Part shown: in pieces, positions 50,565-61,034 of the stretch
How the letters are laid out: each line of letters begins with the position of its first letter
Numbering within the stretch: position 1 is the first letter of the stretch
NCBI GenBank assembly: GCA_963796685.1
Contig: CAWCMR010000025.1
Span: 800,001-864,000 of the forward strand
DNA from: an uncultured delta proteobacterium
GTDB lineage: Bacteria > Myxococcota_A > Polyangia > Fen-1088
Direction of reading: 5' to 3'
DNA length: 64,000 bases
Notes under the pieces: generated by a model
The model's input: only the letters and a program-made list of their open reading frames with translations
Told to the model about the DNA's origin: nothing
The model's database searches: none
Translations under genes and position numbers: made by a program

Positions 50565-51473
50565 ATGAAGATCGTCAACCCTCGCATCGTCCACGTCCTC
50601 AAGAACCCGGTCGCCTTCGCGCTCCAGGTCCTGAAGGCCTTCCAAGCGAACCAGGGCCTGCTTCTCGCCGGCGCGGTCGCTTACTACGCGCTGCTCTCCA
50701 TCGTGCCGCTGCTCATCCTGATGGTGATCGCGCTATCGCAGGTGATCGACCAGGACGTGCTCTTGGCGACGTTGCGCCAGGCGCTGGAATACGTGGTGCC
50801 GGGCGAGGGCAAGGCGGTGGTGGCGGAGTTGCGGACGTTCCTCGCTCACCGCGAGGTAATCGGCTGGGTACTGCTCATCACGATGCTGTTCTTCAGCTCG
50901 CTCGGCTTCAAGGTGCTGGAGAGTGCAATCTCGGTAATCTTCCTGCACCGCGTGACCAAGCGCAAGCGGCACTTCCTCGTATCCCTGCTGCTGCTGCCCT
51001 TTGGCTACATCTTCTTCATCGGCGCAGCGCTGTTCGTGGGCACGTTCGTGCTCGCCGACCTGGTGACGATAGGCGGCGCGAATCTTGCCATTCTGGGGCA
51101 TAGCTGGTCGCTGAGCGGCTTCTCGCGCTTGCTCATCTACGTCGCCGGCGTGACCGTGGAGATTCTGCTCATCTCGGCGATCTACTACTTCATGCCGGTA
51201 GGCAGGCTGTCGGCGCAGCACGCGCTGATCGGCGGCGCCACGGCGGGTCTGCTCTGGGAATTCATCCGCCGTGGGTTGCGCTGGTATTTCGGCACGCTGT
51301 CGCAAGTGAGCGTGGTGTATGGCTCGCTCACCACGGGCATCGTCCTGCTGCTTAGCCTAGAAATGGCCGCCACGCTGCTGTTGCTGGGCGCGCAGGTGAT
51401 TGCGGAATACGAAAGGATCGAGACCGGCGAAGCGGAGAAGCCGCGGGGGCCGATGTCGGCCGATGGCCTCTGA
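50565..51473 (+). CDS. YihY/virulence factor BrkB family membrane protein
   Basis: AGAVAYYALLSIVPLL, IYYFMP, VYGSL, LLLGA. Confidence 0.88.
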   Translation: MKIVNPRIVHVLKNPVAFALQVLKAFQANQGLLLAGAVAYYALLSIVPLLILMVIALSQVIDQDVLLATLRQALEYVVPGEGKAVVAELRTFLAHREVIGWVLLITMLFFSSLGFKVLESAISVIFLHRVTKRKRHFLVSLLLLPFGYIFFIGAALFVGTFVLADLVTIGGANLAILGHSWSLSGFSRLLIYVAGVTVEILLISAIYYFMPVGRLSAQHALIGGATAGLLWEFIRRGLRWYFGTLSQVSVVYGSLTTGIVLLLSLEMAATLLLLGAQVIAEYERIETGEAEKPRGPMSADGL

Positions 51474-51906
51474 ATCAGACGACCCTGGACATCCATTGTC
51501 TCCAGGCATTCCAGACCGTGATGTGCGACGACTACTGGAGTTGGAGCTTCTGGGCGGTGAGCACCCCGGCCATAGACGCGCCGATCGATGCCGCCAGCGA
51601 CTGGTAGCACCTTTCCGCCTTGGCCATTCCTTCTCTTTCTCGCCCCCCAACCAGACCGCCGGATCTAGCCAGCGTTTGGAGGGTTTGACCGACGGTCCGC
51701 CGGGGCGGTCACGGTCGACCATCGCCGGGATACCGCGACGTCAAGCGCCGGGGCCCGTCCGGGCCACACCCGCCGGGCGTCGACCTCGCGACCGCTGCCA
51801 TTAGGGGCCTGGAAAAAATTGTCTGGAGGCGAACGCCTCGAACGTTTAGGTGGCAAGGAGGCAGCGGAGACCCTCAACCAAGCCGCTCCTCCAAGGAGGA
51901 AGATCC

Positions 51907-52359
51907 ATGGATATCATCATCGGCATCGAGATCGAAACCACCGCGCAAAAGCTCTTCGAAGCGCTCACGACAGCCTCGGGCATCGCCGCCTGGTGGACCA
52001 AGGCCAAGACGCAGGCCGCCGTTGGCGCCATCAACGAGTACGCCTTCGGACAGGGAACGGTCACGTTCCGCGTGGACAAGTTGGAACCCAACAAGGCGGT
52101 CGGTTGGTCCGCACAGGACGTCCCGCCCGACTGGAAGGGCACGCGGGTGCTCTTCGAGCTGAGCGACGGCGCACGGGCGGGGGCCGTCACCCTGCGGTTC
52201 AGTCACGCGGGCTTTCCGGCCATGACCCCAGTGGTCGCGTTCACCAACTACGCGTGGGCGCAGTTCCTGCGCAGCCTCAAGCTCTTCCTCGAGACCGGCA
52301 TCGGCGAACCATTCGGATCGCCTGCGTCCATCGCCGCGGGGACCACGCCTCGTCGGTAG
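51907..52359 (+). CDS. SRPBCC domain protein
   Basis: AGGAGG RBS; LFEALTT..GIAAWW, WKGT.V.FEL, WAQFLRSLK..LETG.G.P. Confidence 0.85.
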   Translation: MDIIIGIEIETTAQKLFEALTTASGIAAWWTKAKTQAAVGAINEYAFGQGTVTFRVDKLEPNKAVGWSAQDVPPDWKGTRVLFELSDGARAGAVTLRFSHAGFPAMTPVVAFTNYAWAQFLRSLKLFLETGIGEPFGSPASIAAGTTPRR

Positions 52360-52421
52360 TTCGCAACCACGCCCATCCCATTCGCATCCATTTACGAAAG
52401 CAGAGACAAGAGGTAGCGCCA

Positions 52422-53387
52422 ATGGCAAAAGTCATCTTTGGAAACCATATGTCGGTCATCGTTCCACGCGCAGACCGGGACGCCGTTAAGAAATTCTATT
52501 GCGAGGCCCTGGGTGCCGTCATCACCAAGGCCGAGGACGACAGGGACTGCATTCGCCTGGGTGATGATTTCTACATCGTCCTCTATGGGGATGTGCCCGA
52601 CGCGAGCGAGTTCCTCCGCAGCGCGAGAGCGGTCTGGCTCGAGCTCAAATCGGACGATGTCGATGCGCTTGCGCGCAGAATCCTCGATGCTGGCGCCAGG
52701 AAGTTGGAGGTTCCGGATCCTCACCTCTATTTCCAGGCGCCCGGTGGTCAATGCCTCCGGCTGGTCGGGATCGATGAAGATCTCTCTTCCTATGAAGGGT
52801 CTGGGAAAGGCCCAGACGTCAAGGCTCACCTCGCCGCGCGCTCCGCCGCCAGCGGAGCGTCCGAGAAGGGTGCCTCGAAACCAGCGCAGCGACCCAAGAC
52901 CGCCAACCTAAGCGCAGCCGATGCCGCTCGCGCAATCACCGACAACGAGATCGTGCTCGCGACCGTAGAGGTTCCCGTGGCACCCGAACGTGCGCTGCGC
53001 GCGTTGATGACGAACGAGTGCGAAACGTGGTGGGGAGCAGCCGGCGTGTACACGATCGAGGCATTTCGCGCTGATCTCCGCCAGGGAGGACACTGGAGCC
53101 TGGTCATCCGCCTTCCCGACGGAACAGCCCTGCCTTCGAGCGGCGAATTCGCGGAAGTCGCGCCCAACAAGATCGTCCAAACACGGCGCTACGACTTCGA
53201 TCACCCTACCCTCGGTCGGCGCGTGACCAAGGTGACGACGCACTTCCTGCCCGTCGACCGAGGGACGCGAATCGTCGTCCGGCACGAAGACTTTGGCGGC
53301 AGCGAACCCGCGGTCGAGCACGCAGGCGGCTGGGAGAGAATGCTCGATTGGTTGGGGGCCTATCTACGATTGGAGCCGGGCGCGTGA
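52422..53387 (+). CDS. VOC/glyoxalase-SRPBCC fusion protein
   Basis: N-terminal KFYCEALG...YFQAPGGQ; C-terminal DLRQGG.W, HAGGWERMLDWL. Confidence 0.75.
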   Translation: MAKVIFGNHMSVIVPRADRDAVKKFYCEALGAVITKAEDDRDCIRLGDDFYIVLYGDVPDASEFLRSARAVWLELKSDDVDALARRILDAGARKLEVPDPHLYFQAPGGQCLRLVGIDEDLSSYEGSGKGPDVKAHLAARSAASGASEKGASKPAQRPKTANLSAADAARAITDNEIVLATVEVPVAPERALRALMTNECETWWGAAGVYTIEAFRADLRQGGHWSLVIRLPDGTALPSSGEFAEVAPNKIVQTRRYDFDHPTLGRRVTKVTTHFLPVDRGTRIVVRHEDFGGSEPAVEHAGGWERMLDWLGAYLRLEPGA

Positions 53388-53409
53388 TGGCAAAACAAGG
53401 AGTAAGAGC

Positions 53410-53754
53410 ATGAATGAGTATGTGTTTCTTTACCGTCGGCCGGCCAAGGACCGGACGGTGCAACAAATGCAAGAGTCGATGGTGAAGTGGCAGGCGTGGT
53501 TCAAGCAGATGGGAGACAGCGGCCACCTCGCCAACTACGGCCAACCCCTCGACACCAAGGGTGGCCGCGTGGTGAAGGACAAAAAGGGTAGCTACACCGA
53601 CGGCCCGTACGCCGAGACCAAGGACCTCGTCGTGGGATTCTCCGTCATCCGGGCCAGGGACTACGACGAGGCCGTGGCGCTCACCAACGGGCATCCCATC
53701 TTCGATCAGGACGGCATGATCGAGATCCGCCCTGTGTTCAAGATGGAAGCGTGA
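53410..53754 (+). CDS. YciI/DGPF-domain protein
   Basis: TDGPYAETKDLVVGF, IEIRPV. Confidence 0.88.
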   Translation: MNEYVFLYRRPAKDRTVQQMQESMVKWQAWFKQMGDSGHLANYGQPLDTKGGRVVKDKKGSYTDGPYAETKDLVVGFSVIRARDYDEAVALTNGHPIFDQDGMIEIRPVFKMEA

Positions 53755-55010
53755 AGCTCGACAGCGCATTCTTCCGGCAGGAGGCGGCGCGACTGCTCGC
53801 GGCGCTGACCCGCGCGTTCGGCATGGAGAACCTCGCCCTTGCAGAGGACGTCGTGCAGGAGACGCTGGCCAGCGCGTTCGAGGCTTGGAGCTACCAAGGC
53901 GTGCCACCCCACTACAGCGCCCTGCTCATGACAGCGGCCAAGAACCGTGCGCTGGACGTCTTTCGACGGCAGCGCACGGCTAGGAAGTTCGGCCCCGCGC
54001 TGCAGTGGCACATCGAGAGTGCGTGGGCGCTCGAGCCCGCACTGGACGCGATGTTCTTGCCTGATGCCCTCAAGGATGACGAGCTGAGGATGATGTTCAC
54101 CTGTTGCCATCCCGGGCTCGACGAGGACGTGCAGGTCGCGCTCGTGCTTCACTTGCTCTGCGCGCTTGGCGTCGACGAGATCGCGAGCGCATTCCTCGTG
54201 TCGCCTGCGGCGATGCAAAAGCGCATTTTCAGAGGCAAGAAGGTGCTGGCAGAGGCCGGGAACCTGTTCGAGCTCGGCCGCGCGGACTTCTTGCCCCGCC
54301 TCTCTGCTGTCCATCGTGCGCTCTATTTGCTCTTCAACGAGGGGTATCACGGCGCATCCGCGCTCGCGGTCGTGCGTGAGGATCTATGCAAGGACGCCAT
54401 GCGCCTGGTCCGGCTCCTGGTCGACCACGCGCCGTCGGCGACACCGACCACCCACGCGCTTGCTGCGCTCATGTGGCTCCTGGCCGCTCGCCTGCCGGCG
54501 CGAATTGATGAGGCAGGGAACCTCAGGGATCTATTCCAGCAGGACAGATCCTTGTGGGACACGCAGCTGCTTGCCGAGGGGATGCGCCTGCTCGAGCTGA
54601 GCGCGAGCGGCGCCGAGGTAACGGCGTATCACATCGAGGCCGGCATCGCCGGCATGCACGCCACAGCCGGCGACGCCAGCGAAACGCCCTGGGGGAAGAT
54701 CGTCGAGCTCTACGACGTGCTCATCAAGATTTGGCCATCTCCCGTGGTTGCTCTGAATCGAGCCATGGCGATCGCGCAACACCAGGGGGCGAAGAAGGGT
54801 CTCGCGGCTGTGCAAGCCATCGAGAACAAGGGCCGACTTTTCGCCTACCCGTTCTACGCCGCCGCGCTTGGCGAGCTCCAGCTCCGATGCGGACAGGCCA
54901 AGGTGGCAGCCGAACACTTGCGCCAAGCGCACCGACTCGCGCGAAATGAAGGCGAGCGCCGGTTTCTGGAAGCTCGCATCGCGGAATGTGATCGAAAGTC
55001 GCTGTCGTGA
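53751..55010 (+). CDS. ECF42-like sigma factor with C-terminal TPR extension
   Basis: LAEDVVQE, DDELRMMFTCCHP, EIASAFLV, YLLFNEGY, QDRSLWD, SPVVALNRA. Confidence 0.9.
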   Translation: MKLDSAFFRQEAARLLAALTRAFGMENLALAEDVVQETLASAFEAWSYQGVPPHYSALLMTAAKNRALDVFRRQRTARKFGPALQWHIESAWALEPALDAMFLPDALKDDELRMMFTCCHPGLDEDVQVALVLHLLCALGVDEIASAFLVSPAAMQKRIFRGKKVLAEAGNLFELGRADFLPRLSAVHRALYLLFNEGYHGASALAVVREDLCKDAMRLVRLLVDHAPSATPTTHALAALMWLLAARLPARIDEAGNLRDLFQQDRSLWDTQLLAEGMRLLELSASGAEVTAYHIEAGIAGMHATAGDASETPWGKIVELYDVLIKIWPSPVVALNRAMAIAQHQGAKKGLAAVQAIENKGRLFAYPFYAAALGELQLRCGQAKVAAEHLRQAHRLARNEGERRFLEARIAECDRKSLS

Positions 55011-55080
55011 CCCCCGCCCGCGTGTCACTTCCCAGCTCTCCGTCAAGATCACGCCGGCCGGGACGCGCAGGTAGGGCCTT

Positions 55081-55947
55081 TCACCGTGGCCACGGCAGCA
55101 GCGCGGGCGTCTTCTTCATGTGCTCGGCCCAGGCGGGGTGGCGGGAAAGCATGCGGCGGTCCATCCAGGGCACGCTGACGAGCACGAAGAGCAGCGTGAT
55201 GGAGAGGGGACCGACGATCGACCAGGCCCAGCCGGGCTGGGCAGCCACGCCGAAGAGAAACAGTCCCCACCAGAACAGGATTTCCCCGAGGTAGTTCGGG
55301 TGGCGGCACGCTGCCCACAAGCCCTGGTCGAGAATTCCGCCCTCGTCGTGCGGCGAGCGCAGGAAGCGGCGCAGTTGACGGTCGGCGACGGTCTCGATGG
55401 CGATGGCCAGGCCCGCGATGAGCGCGGCGGCGAGATCGACGATGCCGAACCCGGGCCGCGTGAGGGCCGGAAAGATGGGAATCACCCCCAGGAAGACCCA
55501 GGCCGTCGGCAGGACGTGAATCGAGGCCAAGCTGGCCGGCCAGTACGCCTTGCCGGTCTTGGCGCGGATCTCGACGTAACGAAAATCCTCGTCGGCCGGG
55601 CCGCGCCAGCGCAGGGCCCAATTGGCGGTAAGGCGCGCGCCCCACATGGCCAGCAGCGCGAGAACCACGAGCTGGCGCAAGCCGTGGTTGGCGCCCGCCG
55701 CGACGGTCCAATAGAGAGCGATCGGCAAGGGCGCCACGCTCCAGTACGGATCGTAGACGCTGGAGTTGTCGAGCGCGACGCTGAAGGCGAACACGACCAG
55801 CGTGGCGGCAAGGTCGGCGACGGCGGCGATCCAGATCGGGTGCAGGCCCGCTGCCGCGCGCCCGACGGCGAGGGCCACCACCAGAGCGACGACATACGCC
55901 ACCGCGACGAAGGCTTGTCCGGCAGGTTTGGATCGCACGACACGCAC
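55081..55947 (-). CDS. DUF1295 / steroid 5-alpha-reductase-like membrane protein
   Basis: NSSVYDPYWS, WGARL, EDFRY, ETVADRQL, GLW..CRHPNYLGE..FWWG. Confidence 0.88.
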   Translation of the reverse strand: MRVVRSKPAGQAFVAVAYVVALVVALAVGRAAAGLHPIWIAAVADLAATLVVFAFSVALDNSSVYDPYWSVAPLPIALYWTVAAGANHGLRQLVVLALLAMWGARLTANWALRWRGPADEDFRYVEIRAKTGKAYWPASLASIHVLPTAWVFLGVIPIFPALTRPGFGIVDLAAALIAGLAIAIETVADRQLRRFLRSPHDEGGILDQGLWAACRHPNYLGEILFWWGLFLFGVAAQPGWAWSIVGPLSITLLFVLVSVPWMDRRMLSRHPAWAEHMKKTPALLPWPR

Positions 55948-55951
55948 GGGG

Positions 55952-56752
55952 TTATCCTTGGGACTCGCCGTACAACTTGCGCGTCGCCCGGCCCATGATT
56001 CGAATGGCCGTCCGGCGCGGCAGCAGGCGCTCCATGATGAAGGCCGAACATCGGTAGAACGCGCCCGGAACCACGCTCGGGCCGCGGCCCAGGCACGCGA
56101 GGGTCTTCTCGGCGACGTGGTTGGGATCGAGCAGGGGAACTCGGCTCGGGCGCGGCTTGGAGGCGGCATATCCGGGCGTGCGCGTGGCCCCGGCGCGACA
56201 GGCGACCACGTGTACGCCGCTGCCCGCAAGCTCGTCCCACAGGGCTTCGGCCAAGATCGAGTTGAAGGCCTTGGACGCGGCATAGGCGGCGATCCACGGT
56301 CCGCCCTGCGAGCCGGCCGTGGAGGTCATGAGCACGATGCCCCCGCGCCGTCGCGCGGTCATGGCGCGTCCGAAATGGTGCGAAAGAACGAGCGGCGCGC
56401 GGCAATTCACGTCGATCACGCGCAGGTGCTCCTCGACGGGATGGTCGAGAAAGGGGCCGATGGTCGAGAAAGCGGCGTTGTAGACCAGCATGCCGACTTC
56501 GAGCTCTGCGGTGAGGTCCTGGACCTGGGCCAGCCCATCCGGCCGCGCCAGATCCATGGCCAGGGTGCGCACCTCGATGCCGTGGGCGCGGCGCAGGTCG
56601 GTGGCCAAAGTGTCCAGGGCGGCCTGGCCGCGCGCGATGAGCACCAGGTCGAGACCACGCCGCGCGAGCTGCCTGGCGAACGCCTCGCCCAGCCCGACCG
56701 AGGCGCCGGCGATCATGGCCCACGGGCCGTACTGCTCGCGAAAGGTGCTCAT
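55952..56752 (-). CDS. Short-chain dehydrogenase/reductase (17beta-HSD/ketoacyl reductase-like)
   Basis: YGPWAMIAGASVGLG, YNAA, YAASKAF. Confidence 0.9.
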   Translation of the reverse strand: MSTFREQYGPWAMIAGASVGLGEAFARQLARRGLDLVLIARGQAALDTLATDLRRAHGIEVRTLAMDLARPDGLAQVQDLTAELEVGMLVYNAAFSTIGPFLDHPVEEHLRVIDVNCRAPLVLSHHFGRAMTARRRGGIVLMTSTAGSQGGPWIAAYAASKAFNSILAEALWDELAGSGVHVVACRAGATRTPGYAASKPRPSRVPLLDPNHVAEKTLACLGRGPSVVPGAFYRCSAFIMERLLPRRTAIRIMGRATRKLYGESQG

Positions 56753-57273
56753 TCCGTGGGCATCACCAAATCTTCGCTGAACGGGTGCTCTTGGCATGCC
56801 ATCCGCCAGAGCACGATCATGGGAACGACGATCCAGGAGGCGTTCGCCGCCGACACGACAAGGGGACGCGGCGAGGCGTGCGCGCCCAGCCATTCGTCGA
56901 AAAGGATGATGGTCACGTTGGCCAACATCATCCCGGACCACAGCACCGACGGAAGGCGAATCCACTCGCGCCCGCGGACAAAGGCATAGGTGGCCGCAGC
57001 GTAGAAGGGCCCGAAGAGCAAGACGTCGATCCAGATGGTCGCGCGATACCAGGCCGGGCGCGCCCACAGCAAGGGATCGTAGGTCTTCTCCCACCAGTGA
57101 ATCAACGCGAGGGCGCTGCGTGGGGGCCAGATAGGACGAACGAAGGAAGCCGGATTGCCGATGACGATCTGCTCGAGGCTGATCACGTAGCTGACGAACA
57201 CCAGATTGACGATGAAGAAGCCCAGAAGCCCGATGTCGAGTGGCCGGCGTTTGAGGGGAATGGGCAGCCGCAT
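56749..57273 (-). CDS. EXPERA (EBP/TMEM97-like) domain membrane protein
   Basis: Four TMs, RRPLD, YDPLLWARP.W, IWIDVLLFGPFYAAATYAF, N..WIVVP. Confidence 0.7.
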   Translation of the reverse strand: MRLPIPLKRRPLDIGLLGFFIVNLVFVSYVISLEQIVIGNPASFVRPIWPPRSALALIHWWEKTYDPLLWARPAWYRATIWIDVLLFGPFYAAATYAFVRGREWIRLPSVLWSGMMLANVTIILFDEWLGAHASPRPLVVSAANASWIVVPMIVLWRMACQEHPFSEDLVMPTE

Positions 57274-57343
57274 GGTGCGAAGACTACTCCAAGCGCTGGC
57301 GCAAGTCGCATTCTGGTGAGGTGTTTGGCATCCTACGGTGATC

Positions 57344-58352
57344 ATGACGACCTTACTCGTGCTGCAGCTCCTTCTGGCCACGGAGCTCCCCGACCTCCGT
57401 GCAATGGACCAAGATCGAGACCCCCTTGCCCAAGGCGAGCGGCTTCGTCTCGCTCGACTATTTCGCCGCCGAGCGAGGCGCCGGCCGGGTTTGGATACCG
57501 GCGGGCAACACCGGCTGCGTCGACGTGCTGGACGTGGCCACCCGAAAAGTCACCTGCATCGAGGGCTTTGCCGTGGCAGAGCGCGAGCGACATGGAAAGG
57601 TTCGACAGCTCGGTCCGAGCGCGGTCAGTCTGGGCGATGGCCGCGCCTTCGTCGGCAATCGCGCCAGCGCGGAGCTGTGCGCGGTCGACACGCACAAGCT
57701 GGTCAAGACCGGGTGTACCACCTTGAGCGCCCCCAGCGACGGCGTTCAGTATGTCGCGGCCACCAAGGAGGTCTGGGTGACGACCCCCAGCGACGCATCC
57801 ATCACCATCGTGGACGTCAGCGATGGCGACCGGCCGAAACAGAAGGCCCGCATCGCCCTTCCCGGCGAGCCCGAGGGCTACGCCGTGGACGCCGCGCGCG
57901 GCCTCTTCTTCACCAACCTGGAGGACAAGGACAAGACGCTCGTCATCGATGTCAAGTCGCGCAAGATCGCGCACACGTGGAGCCCACGCTGCGGGCCCAA
58001 CGGTCCGCGCGGCTTGGCGTACGACCGACGCCGCCGATTTCTGTTCGTCGCCTGCACGGATCGTGCCTTGGTCTTGGATGCGGCCCACGGTGGCGCCCTG
58101 CTCTCCACGCTGGAAACCGGCGCAGGGGTCGACAACATCGACTACCTCGATACCCGGCAGACCCTGTACGTGGCGGCCGGAAAGTCCGCCCGCTTGACGA
58201 TCGCCCACGTGAATGATTGGGGCGCGCTCCAGGCGATGGCCACCTTGCCCACGGTAGAAGGCGGCCGGGTCGTGGTGGTGGCCGGGGACGGGACCGCCAT
58301 CGTCGGCGACCCCGAGCACGGCGGCGTTCTCATGGTCGCGCCGCCCCACTGA
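57344..58352 (+). CDS. YncE-like beta-propeller protein, frameshifted near 57390
   Basis: Signal peptide frame joins propeller frame (LDYF, PEGYAVD, FTNLED, GLAYD, GAGVDNI). Confidence 0.7.
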
Positions 58353-58432
58353 TACACAATCTCCGAGGGAATTGAATCGAGTCCACCTGGGGAACGTCTA
58401 GAAGTACAATAACCAGACTTAGGGAGGTTCGC

Positions 58433-59201
58433 ATGCACGCTACACGTTCACGGCAGAGTCGCTTGGCAGGAATCTTCGGCATACTTACGCTGTTCGGCGC
58501 CGGGTGTGGCGGTGGCGGGGGACATTCCGGGGGACCTGGGACGGGAAGCTCGTACGCCAGCTTCGCGTGGAGCATCTACGATATCGAGGACACCACCTAT
58601 GTCTCTCCCTTAAGCTGCGCCGCAGTCGGAGCCTCAAGTGTCGTCGTGACCCTCACGGACCAGCAAACCGGGGCCGTCTATACTCAAGATCCGGTCAGCC
58701 TGCGCCGGTGCGAACATGGAGATGTCGACCGCCTACGTTCCTGCTGGGGACTATTCGGTGGGGTTCGATCTGTACGGCGATCCTGCGATCTACGGCGACG
58801 CGACAACCCTGCTCGACAGCTTCGATGCAACCGGCGTCTTTCATCTCTACCCGGGTTTGAACGACTTCAGAGGCACTCTTGCTTCGTTCATTACCCAGTC
58901 TTTCGTTGTCGGCTGGAGCATCTACGCCCAGGGAATCCCCACATCCTGCTCCTACGTCGGAGCCAACTCCGTTGATTTCGATTTCGAGACGGATCTCAGC
59001 AGCGCCCGCATCACCTCGACCTTCGATTGCAACCAGGGTTCGGGGATCAGCTTCTCCATCCCTTTTGAGGCAACCTCGGCACAGTGGCAAATGTACGCCG
59101 TCGATATCCATGGACAGGACATCGCAAGCCTGGCCGGGGGAGCGGTGCCCGTGCCCGGCAACGTAGATATCCACCTGGGCACGCAGCCTCTCAGTTTCTA
59201 G
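58433..59201 (+). CDS. Hypothetical lipoprotein, frameshifted near 58700
   Basis: GGGAGG RBS, lipobox GAGC; two similar WSIY...SC..VGA units across the two frames. Confidence 0.6.
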
Positions 59202-59287
59202 AAGACCCGGCGCTACCCCGTTGGTAAGTCCTCTGTGGCGCCTTTCGAGTCCCCGTCCCGCGACTCGTGTTAGCGTGATCTTTCACC

Positions 59288-60826
59288 ATGAACCTGGGCC
59301 AGCATCTCGTTGACCTGACCGAGGCCGGTCCCTTCACCGGGGCCGGCATGAGCCTGGTCACCGCGCTGGGTGCCCTGGTCGTTCTGCTGTTTCTGCGCCG
59401 GCTGCTCCCGCCTGAGAACCGCGACCACGGCGGCGTGCTCAAGATCTTTCTCGCCGTGGGCGCGCTGCTGGCGTTCGTGCGCCTGGGCTTGCTCACTCTC
59501 GGAGTCGGTCTTCCGGCCATGGGCCGCCTGCTCACCATGTTGTCCACCTTCTTCGTGGCCATGGGGGTCATCGGCACCGCGGTGATGGGCGTGTTCGAGA
59601 TCCTGCCCCGTCGGGCCAATATTCGTTTCCCGGTGCTCTTGCGCGATCTCGTCCTGGTGCTCGGGTTCGTGGTGGTGATCGCGGGCGTCCTCGGGCAAAG
59701 CGGCGTGGACGTGGCGTCGATGGTGACCACCTCCGCGGTGCTGACCGCCATCCTCGGCTTGGCCCTGCAGAGCACCCTGACCAACCTCTTGGCCGGCATC
59801 CTTTTGCACGTGGACCGCTCGCTCGGCGTGGGCGATTGGGTCCAATTCGGCGAACGCAAGGGGTGCATCATGGAGATCCGTTGGCGCGCGACGGTGTTGC
59901 GCACCACCGACGGCGATACGGTCATCATTCCCAACGGGCACATCACCGCGCAGGAGGTTTACAATTACTCGCGACCGTTGCCGCGCCACCGCGCGCAGGT
60001 TCGCATCGGCTTCCACTACCGCCATCCACCCAATGAAGTCCGCCGCGCGCTCGTCGAGGCCGCGCGCGCGACGCCCGAGGTGCTCTCGGACCCGGCGCCA
60101 GACTGTTTCCCCGTCGAATTCGGCGACTCGGCCGTCGTCTACGCGCTTCGTTACTGGATCGATCGCCTCGACCGCGACGTGGATATTAAGGGCGAGGTGT
60201 TGGCTCGCGTCTGGTATGCCGCCCAGCGCTGCGGGCTCGAGATTCCGTTCCCCATCCGCACCCTTCATCAAGAGAGCAAGGTTGCGGAAGAGGCAAGGGT
60301 TTTGCCCACGCCCGCGCTTCGCCAGCGCATTGCGGTCTTGGAACGGGTCGATCTGTTCTCGACCCTGGAGCCCACCGAGCGCGAATTGCTGGCTAGGGGT
60401 CTGCACGAAAAGCGCTTCGCGGCGGGCGAGGCGCTCATCCGGCAAGGTGCGGCCGGCGACTCCATGTTCGTCATCGCCGAGGGGCGTGTGCACGTGACGC
60501 TTGGCCAAGACAACATCAGTACGACCCTGGCCTCGCTGGCGGCGGGTGATTTCGTCGGCGAGATGTCCCTGATGACGGGCGAGCCGCGCGCCGCGACCTG
60601 CCTGGCGGCCACGGACGTCCTGTGCTACGAGCTCGACCACGCGACCTTGCAGAAGGTGCTGACCACCCGGCCCGCCATCGCGGATCAGATGTCGACGCTG
60701 CTGGCCGCGCGCCAGGAGGGGCTGGCCCGCAAAGGTGGCGAGATCTCCGCAAAAGCTGCGTCGAGAACACCCGAGCACCACCGCGCCCTCGGCGAGAAGA
60801 TCCGGCGCCTGTTCAATCTGTCGTGA
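59288..60826 (+). CDS. MscS mechanosensitive channel with cyclic-nucleotide-binding domain
   Basis: GLALQSTLTNLLAG, VGDWV, IIPN, EIPFP; cNMP domain RQG..GDSMF, GEMSL..GEPRAAT. Confidence 0.9.
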   Translation: MNLGQHLVDLTEAGPFTGAGMSLVTALGALVVLLFLRRLLPPENRDHGGVLKIFLAVGALLAFVRLGLLTLGVGLPAMGRLLTMLSTFFVAMGVIGTAVMGVFEILPRRANIRFPVLLRDLVLVLGFVVVIAGVLGQSGVDVASMVTTSAVLTAILGLALQSTLTNLLAGILLHVDRSLGVGDWVQFGERKGCIMEIRWRATVLRTTDGDTVIIPNGHITAQEVYNYSRPLPRHRAQVRIGFHYRHPPNEVRRALVEAARATPEVLSDPAPDCFPVEFGDSAVVYALRYWIDRLDRDVDIKGEVLARVWYAAQRCGLEIPFPIRTLHQESKVAEEARVLPTPALRQRIAVLERVDLFSTLEPTERELLARGLHEKRFAAGEALIRQGAAGDSMFVIAEGRVHVTLGQDNISTTLASLAAGDFVGEMSLMTGEPRAATCLAATDVLCYELDHATLQKVLTTRPAIADQMSTLLAARQEGLARKGGEISAKAASRTPEHHRALGEKIRRLFNLS

Positions 60827-61034
60827 TTCGGCGCCCCGAATTTCATGGCCGGCACGCGGTCAGGTGTCCGCACCGTGGCTGGCGGCCCGCGTGAGCGAAG
60901 GAATGGGGCGAGGGTGTGAGCGCTGCGCGGGCCGCGCACGCTCGCGCGAGCCGCCCGCACAGGCCGGGACACGCTGGTCGCTACCGCACCGCTCACGGGC
61001 TCGCCGGCCGACCTGCGCTGACCCTCGCAAATAG

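Noticed and set aside
51474-51630. Minus-strand mini-ORF containing IGASMAG (FAD-binding-like)
   Set aside because: Only about 31 codons before a stop; similarity too weak to call.
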